Assembly: GCA_000146045.2 (NCBI GenBank) | Contig: BK006947.3 | Span: 576,001 to 640,000 of the forward strand | Length of the DNA: 64,000 bases | Direction: 5' to 3' | Source: TPA_inf: Saccharomyces | Taxonomy: Eukaryota | Shown here: one piece after another, positions 1 through 11,847 of the stretch | How the letters are laid out: each line of letters starts with the position of its first letter | How positions within the stretch are numbered: the first letter of the stretch is position 1 | Program-made: the position numbers and the translations under genes | Notes under the pieces: model-generated | Databases searched by the model: none | Seen by the model: the letters and a program-made list of their open reading frames with translations, nothing else | Told to the model about the DNA's origin: nothing

Positions 1-262
1 GGGGCTTTACCACCAGTGGATTTTCTAGCTGTTTGTTTAGTTCTGGCCATTGTGGAGTGTTTGCTTGGATCCTTTAGTAAAAGGGGAAGAACAGTTGGAA
101 GGGCCAAAGTGGAAGTCACAAAACAGTGGTCCTATATAAAAGAACAAGAAAAAGATTATTTATATACAACTGCGGTCACAAGAAGCAACGCGAGAGAGCA
201 CAACACGCTGTTATCACGCAAACTATGTTTTGACACCGAGCCATAGCCGTGATTGTGCGTCA

Positions 263-271
263 CATTGGGCG
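263..271. promoter_or_regulatory. Candidate histone NEG (negative regulatory) element CATTGGGCG in the HHT2-HHF2 divergent promoter
   Basis: Sequence cattgggcg read directly, matching the CATTGNGCG NEG consensus known from yeast histone promoters. The window begins inside the HHT2-HHF2 intergenic region; H3 lies upstream on the minus strand, outside the window. Confidence 0.4.
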
Positions 272-345
272 ATAATGAACGCTAAATGACCAACTCCCAT
301 CCGTAGGAGCCCCTTAGGGCGTGCCAATAGTTTCACGCGCTTAAT

Positions 346-361
346 GCGAAGTGCTCGGAAC
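346..361. promoter_or_regulatory. Candidate histone UAS / Spt10-binding element (GCGAA-N6-GGAAC)
   Basis: gcgaagtgctcggaac fits the 16-bp histone UAS consensus GCGAAAAANTNNGAAC (Spt10 half-sites TTCC/GAA). It sits about 370 bp upstream of the H4 ATG. Confidence 0.45.
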
Positions 362-595
362 GGACAACTGTGGTCGTTTGGCACCGGGAAAGTGGTACTA
401 GACCGAGAGTTTCGCATTTGTATGGCAGGACGTTCTGGGAGCTTCGCGTCTCAAGCTTTTTCGGGCGCGAAATGCAGACCAGACCAGAACAAAACAACTG
501 ACAAGAAGGCGTTTAATTTAATATGTTGTTCACTCGCGCCTGGGCTGTTGTTATTCGGCTAGATACATACGTGTTTGTGCGTATGTAGTTATATC

Positions 596-604
596 ATATA
601 TAAG
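596..604 (+). promoter_or_regulatory. TATA-like element (tatatataa) upstream of HHF2
   Basis: atatataagtat lies about 125 bp upstream of the H4 ATG; approximate position. Confidence 0.3.
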
Positions 605-612
605 TATATTAG

Positions 613-1063
<451 letters not shown>

Positions 1064-1204
1064 TTTGAAATTATTTTCATGCCTTTCAAAAAATAAAATA
1101 ACGATCATTCTATTGGGAATATAATAGAACCTTATGTATGCATTTTTCGGTTTTTTATTATTTCATGTACTATATATATTAAAAATAAGTCTCAATAAAA
1201 GAAA

Positions 1205-2773
1205 CTAGTTTCCGAACTGTCTTAGATAGTCTTCCCTTATGTGCTCCTCCATTTCATTGCCGTTGAGTGCTTCGACGTGGCGTTCGTGTCCCCTCTGTTG
1301 GTTAAGCAGATTTACCCAAATATTTACGCAGAAACCCATGGAATCCTCAATTTCACGCTTTTTCTTGGGACATCTGCACCTGCAGCCACACCCAAATTCC
1401 CTTCCCTCGTCGTAGGCCGCGTTTTTACGTTTGAATTTTGAGTCACTGGCTAAGTAGGAGAATTCCTCATTCCCCATGGCATTATGTGGACAATGCTGTA
1501 TTGTGGAGTGTCTATATCCGATGTCTCTAAAATAGTGTACATCGTCCAAATCCAGAGTTAGCGACAATCCAATAGAGTGAACAGGAGCGTCCCCCCATCT
1601 TTCCTTCCAAAATCCACCACTTTTCTCCAAATATTGAAAAAAACTGTTGTAAATGTCATTGTCGAACACGCTTAGCCGCGCAATCTCAAAATTACTCCAG
1701 AAATGGCATAGATTGTACTCTTCATTGAAAAATTTGTCTTCTACGATATGCTTCCTAGAGCGAGCCTTATGTATCAAATTCATTATTCCCTCTTTGTCAT
1801 CATTTATCTGTTGGAAATCATCACCCTTTTTCAAAAGCTGCTCGATGGCTATCTTTTCGGATATCTTAGCCTTGGCCTGAAAATCATAGTTGATCCAGTC
1901 CCGTAACTCCGGATCATCGGATTCAAAAATGTCGTAATCCTTTGTAAATAGTTTCCATAATGACCCAAGCGTAACGCCTTTTTGACTGATAAAGCTTTTA
2001 GTGTGTCTAAACAAATTTGGGACTGTCCAATACAATTCGGGGATGATGATCGTAAATCCATATTTCTTATTAGTTCGGAGCATCTCCAAAAAGGGATCGT
2101 AGGTAATATCACAGAAAAACTCAACATCGGGTTCCAATCTCCAATACCATTCGTACTTCTGTACTAGCGGGTGCTTGTAAAATAATCCTGAATAAAACCG
2201 GCACATCTTATGATATGATTCTAAGTTTCCGTAAAGTATGCTTCTATCACCTTGATCCTCAATTGCGTTGTAGAACTCGAACGTATCCTTTACGTCACTG
2301 GGAAAATTCCAAGATATCTCATCGATAGTGCCAAATTCCACCAGCGCGCCCACTGTAACATCACGTACTTTTGCTTTGAAGTCCTCTTCAAACGGCTGGT
2401 CATTTAAGAACACATATGGATAGTGGAACCACTGATTGAAATGCTCTTCTATACTGTTGATAGTCTTGATAACATCTTCTAGCTCCCCGTTCCTTGTTAG
2501 CATGACAAACGAGGCATTCTGCTTGATGTACGATGGATTCAACAAATAGTCCTGAGTATTCACACAATTCGAATAAAAGGGTCTGTCCCTCTTCGTCGCA
2601 AGATCCATCTTGGAAAACGGAAGAAAATTTCCCATAGTTCCGTCTACGGATGCAGGCTCAGATACAAGTACCACATACATGGTTATGACGAAGGCAATCA
2701 GGATGCACGTCGCCGTAAGATTGCAATGGATACATCCCAGAAATGCATTTATCGTCCTTCTTATTAGCAACAT
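1205..2773 (-). CDS. KTR5: Golgi alpha-1,2-mannosyltransferase, KRE2/MNT1 (GT15) family, 522 aa
   Basis: N-terminal TM segment, then GT15 motifs (YNLCHFWSNFEIARL, EYWRLEPDV). Sits beside HHF2 as expected for YNL029C. ATG checked at 2773. Confidence 0.9.
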   Translation of the reverse strand: MLLIRRTINAFLGCIHCNLTATCILIAFVITMYVVLVSEPASVDGTMGNFLPFSKMDLATKRDRPFYSNCVNTQDYLLNPSYIKQNASFVMLTRNGELEDVIKTINSIEEHFNQWFHYPYVFLNDQPFEEDFKAKVRDVTVGALVEFGTIDEISWNFPSDVKDTFEFYNAIEDQGDRSILYGNLESYHKMCRFYSGLFYKHPLVQKYEWYWRLEPDVEFFCDITYDPFLEMLRTNKKYGFTIIIPELYWTVPNLFRHTKSFISQKGVTLGSLWKLFTKDYDIFESDDPELRDWINYDFQAKAKISEKIAIEQLLKKGDDFQQINDDKEGIMNLIHKARSRKHIVEDKFFNEEYNLCHFWSNFEIARLSVFDNDIYNSFFQYLEKSGGFWKERWGDAPVHSIGLSLTLDLDDVHYFRDIGYRHSTIQHCPHNAMGNEEFSYLASDSKFKRKNAAYDEGREFGCGCRCRCPKKKREIEDSMGFCVNIWVNLLNQQRGHERHVEALNGNEMEEHIREDYLRQFGN

Positions 2774-3579
2774 CTGCTACCTTATGACGATGTGCCGTAT
2801 TGAGACACATTTATTGATGACACCTCCATTGAACAAGACTATTTGTGCACGGAAGCACTCATATCTACTACTTCGCATTTTTTTGAAGACCCTTTCTCGA
2901 ATGCCTGCCCAAATTTTTCAATTTTCTTGGCATCATCCACACACCGCATGCTTAAAGTGTACTATCCAAAAAATGAGAGAAAAAGCAAATACCTAAAAGC
3001 ACCCCACCTCTTCCATATCCCACGTAATGGCAATTGGCATATATGCTCGGCAAGGGAAATTACTGGTCGTAATATAGTGCAACATGCAACTTGCCAGGCG
3101 CACTATAGTCACATCTTATTATGTTAGCAGTTGAGCTCCAGCTTTGACTGCACTTTAGCTTAGTTGCAACTTCGCCCCTCTGTTGGGGGCTGAAAAGTAC
3201 ATCCGCGCATTTAACAATTGCTAAGCTATCTTGAATAACATTATACTAATTAATATCTATAGAAGCAGAATGTCTACTACGTCGAGGACCCTACCCCTGT
3301 ATTTGTGCCTTGCATGAGCGAGCTATATATCAGCGATACGTTTTTTTGTTTTCCTTTCGACCTTCTTGCCTACCCTCTCACTTTTCCCACCTGAATTTTT
3401 TTTATCATATTAGTCCGATATTGAGTTTATAAACCTTGTGAAGTGCTAGATAAAGTACAATCAAAAGAGCAGGCAATAGCCATCACAGCAGTTTAGTACG
3501 ATTATACACTCTGAACGCGAGTAAAACTAGGTTGTATTTTTAGTCTCGATTGGAAGTTTCGTCAGACAGTACAAGGAAG

Positions 3580-5616
3580 ATGTCATTCAGCAACGGAAAT
3601 ATGGCTTCCTACATGACTAGTAGTAATGGAGAGGAGCAAAGTATAAACAACAAAAACGATATAGACGATAACAGCGCTTACAGACGTAATAATTTCAGGA
3701 ATAGTAGCAATTCAGGATCACATACGTTCCAATTATCGGACTTGGACTTAGATGTGGATATGAGGATGGATTCCGCCAATTCATCGGAGAAAATATCAAA
3801 GAACCTTTCCTCTGGCATCCCGGACTCATTTGATTCTAACGTGAACAGCTTGCTGTCTCCGTCAAGCGGTTCTTATTCTGCAGATTTGAATTACCAAAGT
3901 CTATACAAACCAGATCTTCCACAGCAACAGTTACAACAGCAACAGTTACAACAGCAACAGCAACAGCAACAGCAACAACAACAGCAACAGCAGAAGCAAA
4001 CACCAACTTTAAAAGTCGAACAATCTGATACATTTCAGTGGGACGATATCTTAACACCTGCTGATAATCAACATCGGCCATCCCTCACAAACCAGTTTTT
4101 ATCTCCAAGATCTAATTACGATGGTACCACTAGGAGCTCGGGCATTGACTCCAATTATAGCGATACAGAATCAAACTATCATACGCCTTATTTGTATCCA
4201 CAGGACTTAGTTTCTTCACCTGCGATGTCTCACTTAACCGCGAATAACGATGATTTTGACGATCTTTTGAGCGTCGCATCTATGAACTCAAATTATTTAC
4301 TGCCCGTAAATTCACATGGTTATAAACATATTTCAAACCTTGATGAGTTGGATGACTTGCTATCTTTAACATATTCAGACAATAACCTTTTATCAGCATC
4401 AAACAACAGTGATTTCAACAACAGTAATAACGGAATTATTAATACCGCTGACACTCAAAACAGTACCATTGCCATTAATAAAAGTAAAGTCGGTACTAAC
4501 CAAAAGATGTTATTGACTATTCCAACTTCTTCCACACCTTCTCCTTCCACTCATGCTGCCCCGGTAACACCCATCATTTCTATACAGGAATTCAATGAGG
4601 GACACTTCCCAGTTAAAAACGAAGATGACGGAACGTTACAACTAAAAGTTCGGGATAACGAAAGTTATAGCGCTACTAACAATAACAATCTACTTCGTCC
4701 AGATGATAATGATTACAACAACGAAGCTCTCAGTGATATTGACCGCTCCTTCGAAGATATCATTAACGGTCGAAAATTGAAACTTAAAAAATCAAGAAGA
4801 AGATCTTCTCAAACTTCCAATAATAGTTTCACTAGCAGGAGATCCTCGAGATCAAGAAGCATATCTCCCGATGAAAAAGCTAAATCTATAAGTGCAAATA
4901 GGGAAAAGTTATTGGAGATGGCAGATCTTTTACCATCCAGTGAAAATGACAATAATCGGGAGCGCTATGACAATGATAGCAAAACTAGCTATAACACCAT
5001 TAACAGTAGCAATTTTAATGAGGATAATAATAATAACAATTTGTTAACAAGTAAACCAAAAATTGAATCGGGCATTGTCAATATTAAAAATGAACTAGAT
5101 GACACTAGCAAAGATCTTGGCATACTTCTAGACATAGATAGCTTGGGCCAATTTGAGCAGAAAGTTGGTTTCAAAAATGATGATAATCACGAAAATAACG
5201 ATAATGGCACATTTTCTGTTAAGAAAAATGACAATCTAGAAAAACTAGACAGTGTAACAAATAATAGGAAAAATCCTGCGAATTTTGCTTGTGATGTATG
5301 TGGTAAGAAGTTTACAAGACCTTATAACTTAAAGTCACACTTAAGAACGCATACAAATGAAAGGCCATTTATTTGTTCTATTTGTGGTAAGGCGTTTGCA
5401 CGTCAACATGATAGAAAGAGACACGAAGATTTGCATACAGGTAAGAAAAGGTATGTATGCGGTGGTAAGCTGAAGGACGGTAAACCCTGGGGTTGTGGCA
5501 AAAAGTTTGCAAGAAGTGATGCTCTTGGTAGGCATTTTAAAACTGAAAGTGGTAGAAGATGCATCACTCCCTTGTACGAAGAAGCCAGACAGGAGAAATC
5601 GGGACAAGAGAGTTAA
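3580..5616 (+). CDS. CRZ1: Calcineurin-responsive C2H2 zinc-finger transcription factor, 678 aa
   Basis: Ser/Asn-rich N-terminal region with a polyQ tract and a PxIxIQ-like calcineurin docking motif (PIISIQ). Three C-terminal C2H2 fingers ([42 protein letters not shown]). First ATG is at 3580; the track ORF starts at TTG 3550. Confidence 0.93.
   Translation: MSFSNGNMASYMTSSNGEEQSINNKNDIDDNSAYRRNNFRNSSNSGSHTFQLSDLDLDVDMRMDSANSSEKISKNLSSGIPDSFDSNVNSLLSPSSGSYSADLNYQSLYKPDLPQQQLQQQQLQQQQQQQQQQQQQQQKQTPTLKVEQSDTFQWDDILTPADNQHRPSLTNQFLSPRSNYDGTTRSSGIDSNYSDTESNYHTPYLYPQDLVSSPAMSHLTANNDDFDDLLSVASMNSNYLLPVNSHGYKHISNLDELDDLLSLTYSDNNLLSASNNSDFNNSNNGIINTADTQNSTIAINKSKVGTNQKMLLTIPTSSTPSPSTHAAPVTPIISIQEFNEGHFPVKNEDDGTLQLKVRDNESYSATNNNNLLRPDDNDYNNEALSDIDRSFEDIINGRKLKLKKSRRRSSQTSNNSFTSRRSSRSRSISPDEKAKSISANREKLLEMADLLPSSENDNNRERYDNDSKTSYNTINSSNFNEDNNNNNLLTSKPKIESGIVNIKNELDDTSKDLGILLDIDSLGQFEQKVGFKNDDNHENNDNGTFSVKKNDNLEKLDSVTNNRKNPANFACDVCGKKFTRPYNLKSHLRTHTNERPFICSICGKAFARQHDRKRHEDLHTGKKRYVCGGKLKDGKPWGCGKKFARSDALGRHFKTESGRRCITPLYEEARQEKSGQES
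3922..3993 (+). repeat. CAG/CAA (polyglutamine-encoding) trinucleotide repeat inside CRZ1
   Basis: About 24 consecutive Gln codons with an occasional TTA Leu: cagcaacagttacaacag... Confidence 0.9.
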
Positions 5617-5919
5617 TTATTTTTGTTTTTTTAAGCTTTGAATAGGAATTTTTTTTTTCTATATAATAAATATGTAATTTCATAATGACAGTGTAGAAAT
5701 TATGGCTAATCTAATCCATGCAAAGGTATTATTTGGTTATTGTTTTTGTAATGAAATAGTATAAAACAGTGATATTCTTACGGATTAATAGTTTTTACGC
5801 CCGTCTGAATTTTCTAAGCTGCCGAAAATAATGGCAAGTAACAAAAAGTTATTGTATGAGGATGCGTTTTACGTGGCAAAAGTTTTGATGCCAAATAGAC
5901 AAAAGTAGCTCAATTCAAC

Positions 5920-7374
5920 ATGACCTCATCATCTGGTGTTGATAATGAGATTTCCTTAGACAGCCCGATGCCAATTTTCAATGAGAGTTCTACTTTAAAG
6001 CCAATTAGGGTTGCGGGTGTAGTAACAACAGGGACAGATCATATCGACCCTAGCGTACTACAGGCATACTTAGATGATACTATTATGAAATCCATTACTT
6101 TGGGGCAGCTAGTGAAAAATGCGGATGTGTTAAATAAGAGATTGTGCCAACACCACATTGCCTTGAACGCCAAACAGTCGTTTCACTTCCAAGGCAATAC
6201 ATATATCTCCGATGAAAAAGAAACACATGATGTGGTGCCTTTGATGGAAGTTGTTTCACAATTAGATATATTACCTCCTAAAACGTTTACAGCGAAGACA
6301 GGGACAAATTTTGGGAACGATAATGATGCAGAGGCTTACTTACAATTTGAAAAACTAATAGATAAAAAATACTTAAAGTTACCTACTAGAGTCAATCTCG
6401 AAATTTTGAGAGGTACAAAAATACACTCCTCCTTTCTATTCAATTCTTACTCTTCTCTTTCTCCCCAATCAATTCTAAACTTGAAAGTTTTTAGTCAATT
6501 TTATAATTGGAACACAAATAAAGGATTAGATATTGGGCAAAGAGGAGCAAGACTATCTTTGAGGTACGAGCCACTGTTCTTACATAAACTATTACACAAT
6601 CCGCATTCTAATGAAAGTCCCACGTTATTTCATGAGTGGTTTTTAGAGACCTGCTGGAGATCCACTAAGATATGTTCACAAGGCACTAGTGCGCCCTATA
6701 TGTATTCAGGTACAATGTTATCTCAAGCAGGCGATCAGTTAAGGACAATTTTGGGTCATACATTCGTGCTGGACAAGAGAGATCATATTATGTGCCCTAC
6801 TAAGGGTTCGATGTTGAAGTGGAGTAATGAACTTTCGCCTGGAAAGCATTTAAAGACCCAATTAGAATTGAACAGTGTAAAAAGTTGGATGAATGACGAC
6901 TTTATTACTTTTTCTACTACCATTAAAACAGGATATCTAAAGAACTTATCCTCACAACAATCCTTGCCTGTACATATATGTGATAAGTTTCAGAGTGGTG
7001 GGCCCAGCGACATTCGGGGGTTTCAAACATTTGGGTTAGGCCCCAGAGATTTATATGATGCAGTAGGTGGTGATGCTTTTGTTTCCTATGGTCTTAGCGT
7101 ATTTTCTCGATTGCCCTGGAAAAAAGTTGAAAAGTCAAACTTTAGGTTACATTGGTTTTTTAATGGGGGTAAATTGGTTAATCATGACAATACGTCGTTG
7201 GGTAATTGCATAGGACAGCTTTCAAAGGAACACTCCACATCCACAGGTATTGGTCTTGTACTAAGGCACCCAATGGCAAGATTCGAGCTAAACTTTACTT
7301 TGCCTATTACCGCTCACGAAAATGATTTGATAAGAAAAGGATTCCAGTTTGGTCTTGGTCTGGCATTTTTATAA
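5920..7374 (+). CDS. SAM50: Mitochondrial outer-membrane sorting and assembly machinery (SAM/TOB) Omp85-family beta-barrel subunit, 484 aa
   Basis: Length and sequence match Sam50/Tob55; the C-terminal region has an Omp85-type beta-barrel character; gene order fits. Confidence 0.88.
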   Translation: MTSSSGVDNEISLDSPMPIFNESSTLKPIRVAGVVTTGTDHIDPSVLQAYLDDTIMKSITLGQLVKNADVLNKRLCQHHIALNAKQSFHFQGNTYISDEKETHDVVPLMEVVSQLDILPPKTFTAKTGTNFGNDNDAEAYLQFEKLIDKKYLKLPTRVNLEILRGTKIHSSFLFNSYSSLSPQSILNLKVFSQFYNWNTNKGLDIGQRGARLSLRYEPLFLHKLLHNPHSNESPTLFHEWFLETCWRSTKICSQGTSAPYMYSGTMLSQAGDQLRTILGHTFVLDKRDHIMCPTKGSMLKWSNELSPGKHLKTQLELNSVKSWMNDDFITFSTTIKTGYLKNLSSQQSLPVHICDKFQSGGPSDIRGFQTFGLGPRDLYDAVGGDAFVSYGLSVFSRLPWKKVEKSNFRLHWFFNGGKLVNHDNTSLGNCIGQLSKEHSTSTGIGLVLRHPMARFELNFTLPITAHENDLIRKGFQFGLGLAFL

Positions 7375-8319
7375 GAATACATTCCTTTTAATGTCAAGGT
7401 GAAGCTATCGCCTAGCTTCCCATTCAATATTTTTCATATGTTATATAGCAACATATTCTATAAAAGCCTCACTAATAGCTGTGCTGCACGTATGGTAATT
7501 AATTCCTGATTCAGAGAACTCAGAAATCCAATACGTTTGCCTTAAAATGGAGGAGCAACTTTTTCTGTGCTAAAAGTTGCCGCTCATGTATTGAAGGCAT
7601 AATAAAAGAAACCAAATAATTTGTAGAACAAAATGGCAGATAATTGTGCTAGAAGATAAATACTTATATATCGCACCATCGTTATTTTGAGTTTTCTTTT
7701 AGTAGTTCGTGTGATTGCAGCAATGCGATCTTTATCCTCAACCTCATTTCACACAAAATCAAGACTATGATGCTGTTCAATTTTACTAGTCCGTGTCCAC
7801 TTATATATATGCAAAAGTATTATCAAACACTTTAGAAAAGGAAGAAAATGTTTTTGAAATAAGCCAACATGTTCTAGTATTTTAACTTGGGGGGCGTTTA
7901 ATATTTCTGTTAGTTTATCAATTTGGCCTGCCATAAGAATTTCTGACAAAGGTTTTGTGGTTGCACATACTCTGAAAAATGGGGAAGTTTGAGCCACGGT
8001 TCACCCATCTTGAATGTGTGTTATAAGTGGGCTACTGCAGTAGACCAAATTGAAAGGATTTTTTGAACACTGGAGAAAAAAACACTAGGTTCGATTCTTT
8101 AAATTTAATACATGTCAAGGTCCGACCCAGCTTTCCACCTCAATATCAAAGCAATTTTTAATTATGCATTATAACGGTACCTATTCTCAATATGTCTTGA
8201 CGTTCCAATATCATGTTAAACAAAGGTAGTCAAGGACGAAACATTTCCAAAACGGATCATCACCACCATAATGATTGAATTTACAGGCTTAACGGTTTTT
8301 AAATTTATTCTTCGCATGA

Positions 8320-9291
8320 TTAAATTGCAGATGCTGGTCTAAGATACAAAGTATGTAGCAGAAACTTTATCCATTGTTCGTGGTACTTGTCCCAATGATC
8401 GTATAATGTAATTTGCTCTTGAATCGTATCCATAACCTCCTCAAGATCTACAAGAGATTCTGCCATAAAACGATTAAAAGCTATTTGAACAGGAGAACTA
8501 GAATTTTTAGGATCTCTGATGGCTTCAGAAGCCGCAGATGCTAACGATGATCCTTTGGTTGGTTTCCCATGAATGGAAATCGTAATGAATAAACATGCAA
8601 CAGCGATAATATGAGGAGGGTAAAGCAAATGAACATCATTTATATAACTGTCGTTGATTAAGGACCAACAGTTTTGTAGATCATCTGACGATAGTGTTAT
8701 TTGAAATGGCGGTTGCTTTAAGACTTGAACAATTTGCTTTAAGGATTGATAAGGGTGGTGGACAATTAAGTAACTTTCCAATTCTTCTAGTAAGTAGAAC
8801 TCAAACTCAGTAACTTTAGTAGGGTCAGGAGGAATAAATTCGGGCCATAAGGTACGGGCTTCACTTACCAAAGTTCTGATATATTGCGGGCATTCTTCAA
8901 CTTTGCATGCTAAATATACACACGTAGTAACCAGCATATATAGGTTTATTTCTCTAACTGAAGCCTTTATTAAAAACCTTGATAGATAAATATGTGCTGT
9001 AGCCAGTGCATACTGTCTTATATTTAGTCTCCTTCCAAGCTTCATTATCAGGAAATAGCAGTAGATCCTTAGATTATAATCTTTATCATAGTGTAAGTCT
9101 CGGTGAGTTATTGGTATATTCTTTGTGATGGATTGTTCGATGCCGTTTTGCTTCGAATCCATTACAATATTCAAACCTTGAGGAAACAGCTGGCACTCCA
9201 ATAGCCATAACTTCTGCCTCTCTTTAGCCAATGATGCCTTGGTATATTGCCAATGATGCCTTTGTGTAGATGTCCAGAAGCTCCCCGACAT
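8320..9291 (-). CDS. SSN8: Cyclin C, Mediator CDK8 module, 323 aa
   Basis: Cyclin-box sequence (MRLGRRLNIRQYALATAHIYLSRF...). Correct start is the ATG at 9291 (MSGSFWTSTQRHHW...); the track extension begins at TTG. Confidence 0.9.
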   Translation of the reverse strand: MSGSFWTSTQRHHWQYTKASLAKERQKLWLLECQLFPQGLNIVMDSKQNGIEQSITKNIPITHRDLHYDKDYNLRIYCYFLIMKLGRRLNIRQYALATAHIYLSRFLIKASVREINLYMLVTTCVYLACKVEECPQYIRTLVSEARTLWPEFIPPDPTKVTEFEFYLLEELESYLIVHHPYQSLKQIVQVLKQPPFQITLSSDDLQNCWSLINDSYINDVHLLYPPHIIAVACLFITISIHGKPTKGSSLASAASEAIRDPKNSSSPVQIAFNRFMAESLVDLEEVMDTIQEQITLYDHWDKYHEQWIKFLLHTLYLRPASAI

Positions 9292-10080
9292 GTCTAACTT
9301 TTGAGATTCAGATGCCTTATCGCTCTTCAACTAAAGTTTGAGAGGGCATTTTTTGTTCGAACAATATGAGTGCTAACAAGGTTGCTACCACATCAATGAA
9401 CTCTACTCCTGTATGAACCCTAATTTTCCTTCATGAAAAATGAATTTTCGATGTTTTTCCGTGGATTTTATATTTTTTCAAATATATAAAGGAGTAAGAA
9501 AATAACTTTGTTTATCCTATGTTGCGGTAAAGAACTAAATAGTGGTCTTCACCTGTTTTCTAATTTCTTCTCGTTTAAAGTTCTTCAATCCATGACCAAA
9601 GAATCGTCACAAATCGAAGCTTACAAAATGGAGTAAAATTTTTTTTACTCAGTAATATGCTTTGGGTTGAAAGTCTCCCACCAATTCGTATGCGGAAAAC
9701 GTAATGAGATTTAAAAATTTTAAATTGTTTAAATCAACTCATTAAGGAGGATGCCCTTGGGTATTCTGCTTCTTGACCTGGTACCTCTATTGCAGGGTAC
9801 TGGTGTTTTCTTCGGTACTGGATTCCGTTTGTATGGAATCTAAACCATAGTTATGACGATTGCTCTTTCCCGTGCTGGATCGAGTAACCCAATGGAGCTT
9901 ACTATTCTTGGTCCATGGATTCACCCCTTTTTATTTTTTTAACAGTTTGTTGTTTACACTACTTTTTAGCAGTGTAAAACTTTTGCATAGTTAAATATGC
10001 CGAACTGATCTAATAAAAAGTCTGAATAACTCAGATGAGTTATTTATTGGTAAACTTGTGTAAGAAGAAGATGGAATAGT

Positions 10081-10185
10081 GAATAATTCATCAAATGATG
10101 AAATACCAATGCAACAGAGTCAAGCTCTGAGTTTCAAAAAGAAACATGGACGAGATTGCTTTTTTATTACTGACCATGATTATTC
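10081..10185 (+). ncRNA. SNR66: Box C/D snoRNA locus, probably snR66 (mature RNA about 86 nt lying inside this span)
   Basis: 7-bp terminal stem (gaataat...attattc) enclosing C box aTGATGA (10096-10101) at the 5' side and D box CTGA (10170-10173) at the 3' side. Internal D'-like CTGA at 10127-10130. Lies in the long SSN8-KSH1 intergenic, where I recall snR66 maps; orientation is set by the C-5'/D-3' arrangement. Confidence 0.55.
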
Positions 10186-10601
10186 ATTACTTACCATTGT
10201 TCCTCATTCTATATAATTGATTGGGCACCACGTAAATTCTTGAGCCTTTTCGGTAGTATTCAATCGCAATATGGGGTAGTTTACGGAAGTGCTGTAAATG
10301 ATGTCTAAAATGAACAACTATGCGTCCTTATTGTGACAATGAATTCCCTTCTTAAATCTCTATAGAGGTCGAATAGATGAATACTCAACACAAAACACTA
10401 TAAAATAAAAAAAAATACAAAAGTGTTTATATTTTTGCTGTGCGTGCTAGCTCATAGCACCCTTACTTGTACGCTATCAGACGATAGAATTAAAGAGACA
10501 CTTCGTCTGAATCCACTTATACTCTTTGTTTTAAAAGGTACTGCACCTTCTATGACCTTGATTTGCGTAACTTTAAATCCATATGACTAAGTATCTTCCA
10601 A

Positions 10602-10820
10602 TCAGCTGTTAAATTGACTGATGGCCATCAAAATACATGCTAAACTAACATATGGACTGGCCCTTTCACCAACACGTGCCATTTTCCAGAAGGCCCCCAA
10701 AACCTCATGATTTTTGTAACGATCTAGGAGAGACGGCCACTGCCCATGAACATAAGAACATGAACAAATCAGTAACAATATCACTTGCAGAAGAGAACGA
10801 AAATTAAATAATGCAGACAT
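10602..10820 (-). CDS. KSH1: Small conserved membrane protein of the secretory pathway (Kish family), 72 aa
   Basis: [72 protein letters not shown] matches Ksh1 (YNL024C-A). The track ORF is extended 11 codons upstream. Confidence 0.85.
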   Translation of the reverse strand: MSALFNFRSLLQVILLLICSCSYVHGQWPSLLDRYKNHEVLGAFWKMARVGERASPYVSLACILMAISQFNS

Positions 10821-11106
10821 ATTCTGTCGTGGAAAAAGGACGCAACTTTGCAAAGTAAATCGATCCGGCTCTCTAGTTATTTTGCAAACGATGTTTACCG
10901 CTGTTCTGTCTTTATCCTTGAGTTGTCGTTGCTCACTCTATTGAAGATCAAAATTTCGCTCAAGAAGAGCAGTCCCACCATGCGTACACCACACTACAAA
11001 AATGAATGTTATATCGTTTTTTCATGAATTACAAATGTCTATCGAAAAGTTCATTACTAAATATAATAAGATCAGGATCATTAAGAGATAAATTCACTGT
11101 GTCAGG

Positions 11107-11847
11107 TTACTTCCTGATAAGCTGAAACAAGTGGGTTCTTTCCTTAAGATAATGTTCAAATTTACTAAAATCTGTAATTTCAAGAACGTCAAAATTTCTT
11201 TTAATCTTGTTGAAAAAATGTTTATCAGCTTTTCTTCTCTTCTTGTAAGCCATCAAGATTACAGGTGGGTTTATGCAGTGAGTGAGATCAAGTAGTGTTT
11301 TTTCTAGTAATGGAAAAGCTTCCTCGAGATACACACAATCAGCTGCCAAAACTAGATCAACGTTATTTGCTTGCATAGCACCTTCTTGAGGTGAGAAATC
11401 TGCCGACAGCGGCTCACCCCACCAAAGTTCCCTCGCAAGAACTTCATACTGAACTTCGTCCAGTTCTATATTTCTTTTCAATAGTGGTATCAACTTGTCA
11501 ATGTCCGTAACATATACTTTAGTGCCATCGTGGAATGTGTTTTTTTCCAACAACCCCACGCACAATCCAACTAAACCTGTACCACTACCCAATTCTAAGA
11601 CTTTTTTAAATTGTTTCGTACCATTGACCGTCTTACTTAGCAGATGGTCAACTGATTTCTCGAGTATGTACTCGCACAACAGTTCGCCAGCGATCCAGAC
11701 TTTACCGCCACAACCACTTTCACCGCCATCTTCACAAATTTTCAATGCAGGCAATAATTTTCCACCGAAGGAAAGGTCTGTTTGACCGAGATGCTCCTTT
11801 GGCCTAGGAACAACTAGATCTCCAAACCCACCAAATATACTCTCCAT
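11107..11847 (-). CDS. EFM6: Seven-beta-strand (class I) SAM-dependent lysine methyltransferase, eEF1A methyltransferase, 246 aa
   Basis: Motif I VLELGSGTGLVGL and a DxxY-type motif. Position between KSH1 and FAP1 fits YNL024C. First ATG is at 11847; the track start is TTG. Confidence 0.8.
   Translation of the reverse strand: MESIFGGFGDLVVPRPKEHLGQTDLSFGGKLLPALKICEDGGESGCGGKVWIAGELLCEYILEKSVDHLLSKTVNGTKQFKKVLELGSGTGLVGLCVGLLEKNTFHDGTKVYVTDIDKLIPLLKRNIELDEVQYEVLARELWWGEPLSADFSPQEGAMQANNVDLVLAADCVYLEEAFPLLEKTLLDLTHCINPPVILMAYKKRRKADKHFFNKIKRNFDVLEITDFSKFEHYLKERTHLFQLIRK

Noticed and set aside
16-246. 76-aa tracked ORF at the left edge
   Set aside because: Lies in the HHT2-HHF2 divergent promoter. 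It has no recognisable domain, overlaps the candidate NEG element, and sits where no gene is annotated; a chance ORF.
2610-3127. ORFs 2610-2996 and 2843-3127 (plus strand) at the KTR5 5' end and upstream region
   Set aside because: They overlap the KTR5 start antisense and the KTR5-CRZ1 intergenic; no domains; consistent with dubious YNL028W-type calls.
3550-3579. N-terminal extensions of tracked ORFs (CRZ1 3550, SSN8 9330, EFM6 11853, YNL019C 23242, YNL018C 25792, SPO1 33899, LST8 44064, DOM34 51402, HHF2 622)
   Set aside because: In each case the first codon of the tracked ORF is TTG or GTG, not ATG. The first in-frame ATG gives exactly the known protein length, so the extensions are artefacts of permissive start-codon calling.
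3836-4081. 81-aa minus-strand ORF rich in Val/Ala
   Set aside because: Antisense read-through of the CRZ1 CAG/CAA repeat (CTG/TTG read in another frame); a pure repeat artefact.
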